The notes: a model not told the origin generated them from the sequence alone. Positions 46,432 to 58,471 are shown, numbered from the whole stretch's first letter. The stretch is DNA of 63,926 nt, filler included, from Olpidium bornovanus S191 (GCA_017911155.1; 28 parts of 28 records of this genome joined end to end with filler, not necessarily neighbours in it), one strand, 5' to 3'. Made by a program: numbers and translations.

Positions 46432-48666
46432 CATGCCGCCAGATTTGGACACGTATGCCACGGAACCGGGGCGGTAGAGCTTGCTGGAGACGATGTTATC
46501 CATCATACCACCGGTGTTGCCGACCTTGAAGCAACCGGGCTTGATCCCTCCGACTGTCGCCGGACCGATGATCAGTACGCCCTTGGCTTTGGCGGCGGCG
46601 ATGATCTGCCTGGCTCGCCGCTCGGGGACTCCCTCGGCAATGATGGCGATGGACCGGATCTTGTCGCCGTGAGCCAGCATCTCCATCGTCGATTCGTAGA
46701 CGGACCGGCAAGAGGCGAAGTTGACGACGCAGTCGACCTCCGGGAACTTGGCAAGAGCATCGTCGATGGTGGTGAACACCGGGAGAAGCGTCTCCTGGGT
46801 GCCCCAGTAGAACTTCTGGACGTGGGCACCTCCAAACGGATAAATCATGGCGGCGACAGAGGGCGTTTTGCGCTTGCAAATAAAGTCAAAATCCAGCATT
46901 CCCTGCACCGCCCTCGGCTGCATCCCGTAGACGAGCGCACGGGTGTTCTCGGTGAAAGGGGCGTACCAAGGGTGAGCCTTGGCGAAGCCGTTCTCGGAAG
47001 GGAAGTAGGCCATCGAGCCGTTCGCTTCGCCGGCGGAGCCGCCGTTCGCGACAGGGGAGCCGTTGGCAGCAGGCGAGCCGTTCGCCACTGGGGAAAGCTT
47101 CGGTTTCGAGACTATGTCCAAGTCGGCCGTGATGCGCTCCTGTTCGGCAGCTAGCGATCCATTGGCCTTGGCTTGCGAAAACGGGGCGAGAGCAAGGGGC
47201 ACGATGGCCGTCACGTGGGTCTCGGGGCCAAAGACGTGGATGGGAACCCCCATAGACTCCCCGAGCTGGCGCATCAGCGACAGGCCTTCCTGGTAGTTCG
47301 GTCCGCCGCGACGCACGTAGACCTGGACGTTGTGCGCCTGGAGGGGGCGCTGGTATTGCTTCAGGGCGCGCACGATGCCCTTGAAAGTCGCGGCAACGTT
47401 CGTGAAGTTCGCGATTCCTCCGCCGATCAGCAGGACCTTGCCGTCGGGGTGCGGAGTCGGCGACCGCGTCATCAGGTCGAGGATGGTCTTTGCGTACTCG
47501 TACGTCTGCGTCTCGGAGGGAGCCCCGGAATACTCGCCGTAGTTCGCCAACTCGTGAGCGTAGCCGAGCGCGGCGATCGCGTCACTGTACACGACGCTGG
47601 CGCCGCCGCCGGCAACCATGGTCCAGATGCGCCCGTTCTTGTTCAGCACGGTGAGCTTGAGGCTCGCTCCCGTCTTGGCGTCCAGGCTGGCGATGTACGC
47701 CTCCTCCTTCGTCAAGTCCCGACCGAAAGGCGGGGGGAACTCCATCGGCGGTCCGACGTCGACCATGGGAGCGCCGGCACCAGATGCGGCCGTCCGCGCG
47801 TCGACGCTGTTGGAGGCTTGGAACGCGGCGGAAAGACAACGAGCGATTGCCCATTTCGGTCCGGACTCGAACTCCGCCGTCTGGTCGAGCTTCGCAGCCA
47901 GGTCGAGGTACACGACACGCGGCAAGTCGTCTTGGGAAACAGGCTCTAGGACGACCAGCGGGTTGATCTCGAGGTAAGTAAAATGTAGGTCCACGTAAAC
48001 GTTGTAGAGCCGCTTGATGAAATCGGCCAAGGCGCGCTGCTTCCGAACGTCCGAAATGGACCGAAGCAAACCGGCACGCAGCTTCTCGTCCGAGGGGAAC
48101 GGCCCGGTGACGGGGACGGTGATCCTGTCAGCCTTTGCGTCGACGTCGCCGACGTCGATGCCGCCCTCGTGCGTGAAAAGAATTGTGTCCTCGTTGCGCT
48201 CGGAGTGGATGCACACGTAGTGCTCCGTGTCGGCCCCGTGCGGCACAAACGGCTCGACGATGAAAGCCTTTAGAACGCCGCTGACCCCGTCGACGGTCAC
48301 GTCCTTTCCGGCGCGCTCGACGATCCAGCGCTGAACCTCCTTCCAGGAGGCGTTGAGTAGCAAAAGGCCGCCCTTTCCGCGCCGCTTGATAAGCTGGTCA
48401 GGTTTCGCGACCAGCTTGCAGGTGAGCAGCCACGGGTGCAGAGCTTCCAACCGGGCAAATTCCTGAGCCAGGGCGATGCCGACGGCGTCTGCGGCGCATG
48501 CGCCAACGACAGCTTCGAGGTTGACAGACGCGACCCTCGGAGCAGGGGGGACGAAGCATTCGCCTTCACTGGTGGCAGCGGCATCCGGAAACACGGCAGG
48601 CGACTTGAGGAGCCAGTGGGCGAGCAGGAGCTTCCCGTCGTATTCCCTGATAGACTTGGCCGACAT
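46432..48666 (-). CDS. ACL1: ATP-citrate lyase, single-chain (fused) form, partial, intronless in this stretch
   Basis: MSAKSIREYDGK, LVAKPDQLIKRRGKGGL, YLEINPLV, DLAAKLDQTAEF, GRIWTMVAGGGASVVY, ANYGEYSGAP, GGGIANFTNVA, a linker, then GMQPRAVQGMLDFD...GPATVGGIKPGCFKVGNTGGM. Confidence 0.98.
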
Positions 48667-49237
48667 TCTCGCAACTGTGAAGTGGGAGAAAAGAGGTACG
48701 CGAGAGAAACGGGAGGTCAGCGACCGTCGGCATGGGGAGCTGATGGGAACGGGAAAAACACGGCACGCCGGGGAGGCGGGAGGGATTGGTCGGCGACGGC
48801 CCACAACAGGACAAAGAGCGAATTGGCGCGCCCCGCGGATCTCCTCGCGGCCGAGCGCAGCGTGCGCGCTTACCTCTGCGTTAGAAGGAGGCAAACAACG
48901 AGCGCGACGGAAAGTGGTTGCGGGACGGACGTGTCGGGCGCGGGAGGGGGGGAGGAGGGAGTGGGGGCGGTTCAACGGCGGGGCGGGCTGCTATATATCT
49001 CACTGTCTCTCCGTCCCTGTCTCTCTCTTTTTTTTTTTTTTTTTTTCCCTGAACGCCTCGTTTTCTCTCTCTCTTTTTCACCCGGAACGGGAAGCCGCCG
49101 CCTCTGAAGACGACGGCGCGAGCGGGAAGCCCGAGCGGCGCGGACGGGACCGGAGGGAGATAGGTGGTGTGGGGACGTATCAGTGAGCACGGCGGCCCGG
49201 GCCGTGTTGGGGGGAAAGCGGGAAAGCGGCGGCGGGC

Positions 49238-49306
<69 letters not shown>

Positions 49307-49389
49307 GGGNNNNNNNNNNNNNNNNNNNNNNNNNNNNNNNNNNNNNNNNNNNNTTAATTAATTAANNNNNNNNNNNNNNNNNNNNNNNN

Positions 49390-49750
49390 NNNNNNNNNNN
49401 NNNNNNNNNGAGAGCGGCTCCGTCACAGGAGCGGAGCGCCGCCGTCACCGCGGCTCGTCGCCCCCGCTCCGCGAGCGCTGCCGTCACCCGTTCATCGTCC
49501 CGCCGCCGCACGCCGTTTCCGCTCGCCGCCCATCGGAGAGCGCCGCCGTTCATCGCCGGTGCCGCGTCGCCGCCGTCGCGCGTCACCGAGAGCGCCGTCA
49601 TCACCGCGGCGTGCTTCACCGTCACCGAGAGCGCCTCCGTCACCGCGGGGTTTCTCGTCGCCGCTCCTCGCTTCGTCACCGCCGCGCCGCGCTCATCGCG
49701 GCCGTCCCCGTGGAGCGCTCCCCGCACCGATAGCGCCTCCGTTACCGCGG
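49390..49750. repeat. GC-rich degenerate tandem repeat (GAGAGCGCC..GTCACCG units)
   Basis: GTCACCG(A/C)GAGCGCC-like units recur many times; a GTGAGT donor follows at ~49756. Confidence 0.7.
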
Positions 49751-50058
49751 CCTGGTGAGTAGCTTCACGCTTGCTCCTGCTTCGTCTTGTCTCCTAGCTC
49801 TCGCCGGCTCCACACCGTCAGCTAAACTGCTGCTTTCTTGAACAAGGCCTTTTCCGGAGCGACGCGGTCACGTTTCCCGTCTGCCTCAGTTGACCCTTCA
49901 CCGTACATTCTTTGCTTTCCTCGCTCCTTCAAAGGTATTGCCGCATCCTTTTCACCCTGTTTGCCAGCTCTTCAGCGAGCGAGGTACGTCTTGTTCTGAC
50001 TGACGCTTTCGTCTGCTGCCTTACTGCCACGTAACCGGCGTCCTGCTCGTTTGCAGGG

Positions 50059-50547
50059 ATGGCACTCACTGCTGAGGTAGCCCTCCAGAAGCTCGAAGCC
50101 GTCGAAGCAGACATCCAGAAGCTCACGGCTAGAAACTTCGAGCTGCTTGACAAGGATGAGAAGGAACTCACCCGTCGTGAGAAGGCTGAGCTTGACCGCT
50201 ATGACAAACTGCTCCGAGACAAACACTACTGGCAAGCAGAAATGAGCAAGGCGTCCGGTCTGAACCTGAAAACGTTTTGCCAGGAGCGGTACAAGGAGTT
50301 GTCAGTTGAAGCCTCGTGTCGCAAGTACCTCGATGCCCTCGCCCAAAAACTTGCCAACTTCTATGCATTCGATTGGGCACATCGCCAAGCCCCCACCATT
50401 GGCGACATTTTGAGGGCGAAGGATGGCATGGAGGGCGAAGACTGGCACTACAACACCAATTCCAATACACACACTGTTCTGGAACCCGACGGCTTCCAGA
50501 GGGTGGTTAGAAAAGGCACGCCACTCCTCGATATACCTCTCCCACAA
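50059..50547 (+). CDS. Orphan protein with N-terminal coiled coil, possibly Crinkler/REase-associated, partial
   Basis: A TTTGCAG acceptor precedes the ATG. Helical header ALQKLEAVEADIQKL..KEKELTRREKAELDRYDKLLRDKHYWQ, then YLDALAQKLANFYAFD..APTIGDILRAKDG. The family assignment is from recollection only. Confidence 0.5.
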
Positions 50548-50734
50548 NNNNNNNNNNNNNNNNNNNNNNNNNNNNNNNNNNNNNNNNNNNNTTAATTAAT
50601 TAANNNNNNNNNNNNNNNNNNNNNNNNNNNNNNNNNNNNNNNNNNNNAGGGCGGTGGGGGGGGGGGGGGGGGGGGGGAGGGGGGGGGGGGGTGGGGGGGG
50701 AAAAAGGGGGGGGGGGGGGGGAAAGAAATTTTTT

Positions 50735-51060
50735 GATCGGCGGATCTCGTACCCACGACCTCCCCGGCGGCGGGCCCCTGCCACGGCCTTGCGTGAGCCT
50801 CTGTCCCCGCCGGCTGCTGCAGAGGCGGGGCCTGCGGCGGCGGCGGCGGTGGCGGCGGCGACGGCGATGCGGGCCGGACGACGGGGCCTGAACCAGGGGC
50901 TGCGGCGTTCGGCTGCTGAGACGGGCCACCGGCGGCCCACGGGACCGCGTCCGCGGGCTTTGCAGACGCGGCGGGCGGGCGGGCTGGCTGGTGAAGAAGC
51001 GGGACTTCTGTCGGCATGGATCCGAGCGAGCGGGAGGCTTGGCTGGCGCGGATTTCGCCG
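50735..51060 (-). CDS. Pro/Ala-rich exon of an unknown gene
   Basis: Open low-complexity frame ending at a GTACGA donor near 50750; no domain. Confidence 0.3.
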
Positions 51061-51244
51061 CTCGTCGGAGGCAAGAGGAGAGGGTGGTCGGGGTTTTTTC
51101 CGGGGCGGGGCGGGGCTGAAAAAAAGAAAATAAGGCAGAAAAAAAAAACGGCTAACTGTTGGAAAACGGAGCCTGTCCGTGTTCTGTTTGGTGCTTATTG
51201 TGCTTATTGTGCTCTGTGAGTAAATCGGCTCTTCTTATATCCCT

Positions 51245-51400
51245 CCATGGCCCCCTCCATGGCTCTCTCCTTGGCTCCCATGGCCCCACGGCGGTGCGCC
51301 ATGGACGAGAGGGTTCCCGTGGCGCCATGGCGGAAGGGGTCCCCGTGGTGCCATGGCGGAAGGGGTCCCCGTGGCGCCATGGCGGAGGGTGTCCCCGTGG
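51245..51400. repeat. 26-bp minisatellite (CCGTGGCGCCATGGCGGAAGGGGTCC) with seven CCATGG sites
   Basis: About 3.5 good copies at 51317-51400 plus degenerate upstream copies. Confidence 0.9.
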
Positions 51401-51459
51401 CCGCCGCCCAGAAGGCTCAACTTCTGACGCCCCGCCTCCACAGCCTCTCGTTCCCGCCT

Positions 51460-52829
51460 CCGATGTCCGACTGGGAGGACTACCTTGCTTGGCGCCTTAA
51501 CGCGAAAGCCTTGCTGCACGCTGAGAACTGCGCATCTGACCACGACCGACAGGGAGACCGCTGAGCAGGTCCCCCTCAACACAAACATGGCAAAGCGCAA
51601 CGAAACTCTTTCCCAAGGACGCGTCATCAGCGCCGCCGGCTTTCCCCGGCCAGCGGCGCACACGGGCGTCGCTTCGACGCCTCTATCCGTGTCCGTCTTC
51701 TCTTATCCTCCAGGATGGCCGAGCCACGCCGCTTTGGCTCGTTCCTGTGTTCGCACCAGAAGGATGCGTCCCAGGCCGTCCGTCATCTTCAGCAAGAATC
51801 AGCACCCTACGAAGGCCCCCGGAGGGCGAAAAGGTGCTCGCCAGAGTTTCTCTTCATGGTGGTCCCGCCTATGGTTATCTTCACTGTTTCGCATGTTTCG
51901 TGGAATCTGAAACCAATCCCAGTTCCTCGCATGCATTTTTCCAAGTTGCTTGAACTTCTCCAAAATCGCCTTAAGGAGCAGGTCATTGAACAGGAAAACG
52001 GCCCGCACGCCGACCGATGATTTACCGTCCCGAAGAAAGATGGGAAGCCACACTTTATTCGGCATTTGCAACTTGCAATAAAGTAATGATCCGTGACCCC
52101 GGTGTTGGCTCTCTCCGGGAGGAGTATTGTGAAGAATCTGCGGGACAATCGATTTATTCGATGGGTAATCTCTTCTCCGGTAATGATCAATTTCAGCTTG
52201 AGCGTGCCAGCCGAGATATAACGGCGAGGACTCCTCTTGGACTCATGCGGATGACCGTAGTCTCGATTGGCGGGACAAATAGCGTCAACCATCTCTCGAC
52301 TGCTATGAGTTGTGTTCTAAACGATTTATTCCGTGTGTTACTCGACCATTCATTGATAACATACCTTTTTGCGGTTGTGCAACAACTGATGCCGATGAGT
52401 ATTATTTGTCCCAGCATCCGACGATTCTTAGCTGATTGCATAAACGTCATCGATCAAGTGCTTGCGTGACTTTAGGAGGTTGGACTTATGTTATTTGCGG
52501 AGAAGTTGGAGTTTGGATTGAAATGTGTGGATATTGTTGGCTTCCTCTGCTCGTGCGAAGGGCGCAGTCCGGAACGCAAGAAAGTTGATAGCATTTGTGA
52601 CATAACTCCATGTTCTGGCGTTGTGGAAATAAAAACCCGACCCGGCCGTATCAACGGCGGAGGCGCGCTGGGGTAGGGGCGGGATCAAGTGAAGGCTCGG
52701 CGACCCTCATGTCACTCCGGGGAGAAAGTATACTCTCTGAACTTCTGAGTCACTTCTCCAATTGGTAATAGTTATCAGAGAGTGCCAGGTGACGACGATG
52801 AGTGCTCCACAGCCGGGGGGGGGAGTGTC
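51460..52829 (+). mobile_element. Degenerate, internally deleted Ty3/Gypsy retrotransposon
   Basis: WNLKPIPVPRMHFSKLLELLQNRL..GPHADR*FTVPKKDGK..NKVMIRD..TPLGLMRMTVVSIGGTNSV..IRRFL..KLEFGL..IVGFLC..GRSPERKKVDSI (fungal Gypsy RT with stops and frameshifts). It jumps to an integrase-tail-like GRDQVKA, then a polypurine tract (52815-52825) followed by TGTC at the contig end. Confidence 0.85.
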
Positions 52830-53811
52830 NNNNNNNNNNNNNNNNNNNNNNNNNNNNNNNNNNNNNNNNNNNNTTAATTAATTAANNNNNNNNNNNNNNN
52901 NNNNNNNNNNNNNNNNNNNNNNNNNNNNNCATGCAATCAGATTCAACAGCATCAAATAATGAGGAAAGCTGATGTTTATTTACTCACATAAGGGCATATG
53001 TAGAGGTTATAGACAATGCACAGCCTCCCGTTCGATCCCCCCAAATGAAAAGGCATCATCTTCGCGAGATTGTCGTGGATCTTGGCAATAGGCAAAGCAA
53101 AGGGTTCTTCTTTGCCGCCCTCTCCACTGCGGGTAGACCCAGCATCAGAAAAGGTATCCTTCAAGTAGGCCTTGCCACGCGTGCAAAGTTATCCGCGTAG
53201 TGAGTTCAGCAATTGGGTTCCTTTTAACGTACCCCCCGCTGGGACGGATTGAACCTACCATCCACTATAAACAACATGCGCACGCCTTCCCAATCATCTG
53301 AAAAAGGAGGAGGAAACGGTGATATTCGGCAAGGTGAAATCATTGCTTAGTGTCACTTCCCCGTCGCCCAAGCCCACCAAAGGCTTAGCCATCATAGACT
53401 GTCAGGAGTGACATTTTTTTGAAAAACCAGTGCCGAGGCTCGTTTGTGTTGGGAACCCGATGAAGTACACCACAACGTCGTAAACACTAAAGCTCAGCAA
53501 TGGGGTCAACAGGGGGTAGCACACGAGACACCAGCGACGATCGGATTTCTTGTAATCCGGAGGGCGATCGTACAGTTTCTATAATGCATAGGACACACCG
53601 GCAAGGGACGAGAGTGACGGCAAAGTTGATGCGCAGCAAAGTTTGGAGAACGCTCCAAAATGCCAGCGTCACGAGGACGAAGGAGAACTGTCGGCCGCGT
53701 TCATCGTCTTGACATGCACGTTCGCCGATTCGAAGCCACGGCACGCAAGACCATGGCACAGATGGCGGGGTTGAAAAGGCAGCAAAGTACGCCTGAAAGT
53801 AGGCGTTTTGC

Positions 53812-54890
53812 GTGCCGATCGAGCTAGGTCCAAACGTTGGACCTAGGCGTCAAACGCCTCATGGGGCAAGCCGCGGTCATATGGCAAAGCCATTCGAAAA
53901 CCCGCGCGGCAGCCCGTCACGATGGAGATATTGGGAAGACCTTAAAAGTGCCTTCATTACCGCATACTACCCACAAGAGCACCTCCAGGCAGCGACAGTA
54001 AAGCTGATGGAGGTGACTCAGCAAGGTTGCGGGAACGACCTCAAGAAGTACATCGAGACTTACACCATGTTATATATGGAGCTCCCGGCACCCCGCGACA
54101 AGCAGACATGGGCCATTAAGTTCCACATGGGGCTCCCAACCGACGTACGCCGCAGCGCCATGCAAATGGTGCCTGCGCTGAGCAGTCTCGCGGACATCCA
54201 AAAAGCAGCAAGACGTGGCCTCCCCGTGACAGGCGGAGCATGCAAGAAGGTGACAACCGCACCCGTCAACGGTGCCGGAGCTGTCGGAGAGGCGAATAAG
54301 AAGAACGTCAAATGCTTCACATATGGCCCGCGAATGCCGGTCGCCTTGAAAGAAAAAGAAGGATGCCCCGCCAAGAAAAACGCGGACGAGAAGAAGGTCA
54401 AGGATGAGAAAAATGACAAAGAGGAGAAAATTAAGCACCATGTTCATGCCGCATGCGCCGCGTGAGTCATCAAGACCGACGATACCGCAGCACCGGCCCA
54501 CCACCCTACCTCCGCCACAAGGCAAGAATCACCTTAGACAGCGGAGCCACCAGGCATACGGTACCTGACGCCAGCTGGTTCTCGACCTCGCAACCCACCA
54601 ACGCAAAGGTCTGGACAGCTTGGAAAGCGAACGAGCCGGTTATCGCAGCGGGTACCGTCGACATCATCACCGACTCAGGAAACCGTCTGACGATGATGGA
54701 TACCCTACATACGCCAACCTTCCGCATGGCCCTTTTCTCCATCCCTGCGGCAACGTTTAATGGAATAGATGTCCCTTTTTAAGCGAACGGTCGCACGTTC
54801 ATCTACGAGATCAGCTGATAGTCTCCGTCGACAGCCCCAGAAAACGCTCTCATGATGCATGGTTGCACGAAATCTCTGCGTGCCAGATAG
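53812..54890 (+). mobile_element. LTR-retrotransposon relic: Gypsy-type capsid gag followed by Copia-type protease
   Basis: YWEDLKSAFITAYYP..ATVKLMEVTQ..LKKYIETY..F..GLPTDVR (Retrotrans_gag pattern), decayed knuckle KNVKCFTYG, then ITLDSGATRHTV..WF..V.TA..VIAAGTVDI..DTLHTPTFRMALFSI (Copia protease pattern). Confidence 0.8.
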
Positions 54891-55816
54891 TTTCATGTGC
54901 GGTCAAACCGCACTATAACGAACAGGCTTCTTTGTTCTGCGCGCAGCGCGTTCGGAATAATAAAGCTTGTTTTCCAGCTCTCAATTTTCTGAATCTGAAC
55001 TCGGGTTCTAGGTATGCATTTCAGGTTCTGGGTTTTGGGGTTTTATTTTTATATAGATGCGGCCCCGGCGGTCAACGCCAGAGTGCGGGGCGCAATGTGT
55101 TTTCTGGCAGCGTGTGATCTTCGTAGTTCCGCGGCTGCACGGCCGCCGTTGGGACAGCAGTGAGCATTGCGGCAAGCCGGGAAGTCCCGCAGGCAGGTGC
55201 AGCCTTTTTCTGCGGGCCCTGCGACTCCATCAACGCCGCTAGGGCAGACGCCGGAGGCTTACGCACTTAACGTTGCGCATCGCAGCGAGGAGTCCGAAAG
55301 TCAATGTAACGGCGACGTCGCTCCCCGTGCAGCGCTTACGCTAAGGCTGCTGGCGGGGTGTTTTCCGTCGCAATTCGTGGTATTGCCAAGGCGACCGCTG
55401 GCGGCGCACCCCTTTCTGCGGGTGTCCTTGTGTTCCTCGTGAGCAGCACGGTGGGTAGCCGGTCCGCGATTCGTCTTCTTCGCAGCAGCCACAAAGGAAA
55501 AAGAATTAGGCTGGAAAGGTATGCGTCCCGTGTGCAAAGTTTTCCGTCTTCGGACCCACGCACCCCGGCGGCGCTGCGCGGCGGTAAAACGCTGCGGGGG
55601 CCTCCGGAAATGGCGGCGGATTTGCAGAGGATGACGTGACCTACAACTCGGCTGACGCGACCCAGCGAAGTCTCGGTGATCGGCCCCGCAGTTACTGTCG
55701 GTTGAACGCAGCATGNNNNNNNNNNNNNNNNNNNNNNNNNNNNNNNNNNNNNNNNNNNNTTAATTAATTAANNNNNNNNNNNNNNNNNNNNNNNNNNNNN
55801 NNNNNNNNNNNNNNNA

Positions 55817-56170
55817 CCATGGTCAACGCGTGGCATTCACGAGGTCACCGTTGCGGCCCCTTGTCTGCCGCCGCGGCCACCTTGGCCGCCTGCGCGGTTT
55901 ACGCGGCCACCTCCATGGTTCAAGCAGCCACCGTTGTGGCCGCCTCTGCCGCCTCTGTAGCTCACGCGGCCACCTCCGCGGCCCCCCCTTGGCCGCTTCC
56001 ATGGTCACGCGGCCGCCGTCGCGGCCCCTTGTCCGCCGGGGCGGCCACCTTGGCCGCGTCCATGGTCACGCGGCACCTTCTTCGGAAGGAGGTCTCGGAG
56101 GTCTCGGAGGAAAAAAGGTCTCGGAGGAAGGAGGTCTCGGAGGTCTCGGAGGAAAAGTCTCGGAGGAGGG
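55817..56170. repeat. GC-rich compound minisatellite (GCGGCCACCTTGGCCGC..TCCATGGTCACG units, then GGAGGTCTCGGA units)
   Basis: Repeating units directly visible; they produce spurious overlapping ORFs. Confidence 0.8.
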
Positions 56171-56399
56171 AGAGGTTCTGCCCGCGTGGCCCGCCGAGGC
56201 GGTTCTGGGGAAGCGTCCGTGTGGCGTCATCCCCCTTTTTTTTTTTTTTTTTTTTCTTCCGGCGCAAAACGCCGCCCGGCGGAAAAATCGCCTCCCGGCG
56301 TTGGCAGAAAAATCGCCGCCCGGCGCCGGCGGAAAACCGCCGTCCAGCGGAAAAACGCCGCCTGGCGCAAAAGCGCTGCTTGCGTTGGGCTGCAGGCAA

Positions 56400-57830
56400 T
56401 GGCGACTTCTTCTTCTTAATTGTGACGACGCGGCCGAACGAACAGCACAGTTTGACGGGTTTGACGCCGCGATGGCCGTCGGCAGGGGAGCGGTGAGTGT
56501 CGTCGTTACGTGGGGCGACAGCGGCAGCGGCGTTTCGCCTTTACGGCGTCGACGACGCGGCGAGGGCATCGTCAGCGGCTCGATTAAAGGGTGTGTTTGA
56601 CGGCAAAAGCAAAGGAGCAAACAAAAACGAAAGCACGGTGAACAATAACAAGCTCAAAAACAAACGCGACGGCAGAAGCTGGGCGGCTAAAAGTCGGCGC
56701 GACGGGCGGGCACCGAGGTGCCGTGACGGCGCGGCGGCGGCGCGGCAGAGCAGCGCGGCGGGGGGCGGCGCGGCGGAGGGCTGCCGGAAGGATGCCGAAT
56801 GCCACGGCGGTGCGGTAGAACGAAGGAGTTGGTCAGCGTTGGGAGAGTGGTCGAAGGGAGTTTTTCCTCGGATTCCCCACTTTGTAGTGGGACGTCGAGG
56901 AGTCGTGGTCTATTCGGGTATGCCCGAAGGCCGACTGGCTATAAACGTACAGGTCACGTGCCAGTCGAGCGAACACTACACAATCCTTGCTCGTCGTCAA
57001 AGGAATTTGTATACCATCACAAGTCTGAATGAGGAAGCTGAGGAAGCAAATGCTATCAAGTTGGTGAAAGGATCACTCAAGCAATGGCATTGTTGGCTGG
57101 GCCATCCTGGATCATCGACTTTGGCTGGAATGCAGAGGACAGGTGCAGTTCTGGGAATGGAGAAAACGTCCAGGAGAGAGCATCAAGGAGAAGAGCGTTG
57201 CCAGTGGTGCCAACAAGCAAAACAAACAAGAGAAGCATTCTCAAAGGAACGTAGAGACAGAGAAAACCAGCAAGTCCTTTTGGTTGTTTCTTCTGATCTG
57301 TGTGGACCATTGACCGCTGCCAGGGATGGATCTCGTTACTCTGTGACATACACCGATGAGGCTTCTAATTACACTGTTCTTGTCAATCTCAAAAGCAATG
57401 CAGACACCCTCAAGTCATTTAAGGATGTGCTTGCTTGGATGAAGCGTGCTGCAGGACAGAAGCTCAAAGGTCTCAGATCAGATGGTGGAGGCGAATACAC
57501 CTCTATCACATTCAAGAAGCTCTTCAGGGAACAGGGGATTGATTATTTCATCACAGCCCCATCAACACATCAAGACAATGGGGGGGGCGGAAAGGAAGAA
57601 CAGGAGTATCCTGGAAACAATGAGAGCTATTAGTCTGCAAGCAGGAACGCCTAAGAATCTCTGGATTTTGGCTGCCAAGACAGTTGTGTACCTCAGGAAC
57701 AGGAGAGGATTTCCAAAAACTCCTTATGCGCGCTTTCTGGGATGCAAGCCAAACATCTCAAACCTGAAACCTTTCGGTTGCAAGGCTTGGGTGCATGTTC
57801 CAAGGACAAGCGATCAAAACTTCAAAGTGT
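56400..57830 (+). mobile_element. Degenerate Ty1/Copia element: gag remnant, GAG-pre-integrase and integrase
   Basis: RNLYTI..LKQWHCWLGHPG..CQWCQQAKQTREAF..VSSDLCGPL..RYSVTYTDEASNY..LRSDGGGEY..QDNG[fs]AERKNRSILETMR..LWILAAKTVVYLRNR..TPY..KPNISNLKPFGCKAWVHVP. D,D,E residues recognisable; one frameshift in a G run near 57585. Confidence 0.92.
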
Positions 57831-58283
57831 TCTTGTTGGTTTTGAAGTTGGGACCTCTGCGGGACGAGGGGGACCTCTCCGGGACAAGGGGGACCCCCCG
57901 CGGGACGAGGGGGACCCCCACGGGATGAGGGGGACCCCCGCAACGTGGGCCACCCCCTAGGGCGCCAACCAGCCCCACGAGTGTGGGGACCCGCCCCCCC
58001 CCAATGTGGCCCACCCCCCTAGAGTGCCAACCAGCCCCACGAGTGTGGGGACCCCGCCCCAATGTGCGCCCTTTACCTTGTCTGCACCGGGTGTGGCACC
58101 ACACCCGGTTGAGCCACACCCGGGTTGACACACCCGGTTGAGCCACACACGGGTTGGGCCACACATGGGCTGGATTATCCCCACGGCTCCAAGGACAACG
58201 GTTACTGGGAGCAAAGGGTATAAATAGACACCATTGCCCAGATGTTGGCTGTTAGAATTATCGGATCCACACAACCACACTAC
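57828..58283 (+). repeat. Possible LTR containing three GC-rich tandem arrays and a TATA box
   Basis: Begins TGTTGG where integrase similarity stops. Arrays: GGGACGAGGGGGACCC (x4-5), CCAACCAGCCCCACGAGTGTGGGGACC (x2), CACACCCGGTTGA (x4). GGGTATAAATAG near 58216. Confidence 0.45.
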
Positions 58284-58398
58284 NNNNNNNNNNNNNNNNN
58301 NNNNNNNNNNNNNNNNNNNNNNNNNNNTTAATTAATTAANNNNNNNNNNNNNNNNNNNNNNNNNNNNNNNNNNNNNNNNNNNNTTTTTCTTTGTTTTT

Positions 58399-58438
<40 letters not shown>

Positions 58439-58471
58439 GCGGACAATCGACCGCGTGAACCCCCCGCCGGA

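Noticed and set aside
44957-48666. Apparent neighbourhoods such as KAP104 next to ACL1, or viral Rpb2 next to MYO2
   Set aside because: They are separated by artificial spacers, so no synteny or clustering can be claimed, including between the two viral fragments.
51245-58160. GC-rich repeats as possible CRISPR arrays
   Set aside because: Units are head-to-tail with no unique spacers, no cas genes are present and the context is eukaryotic.
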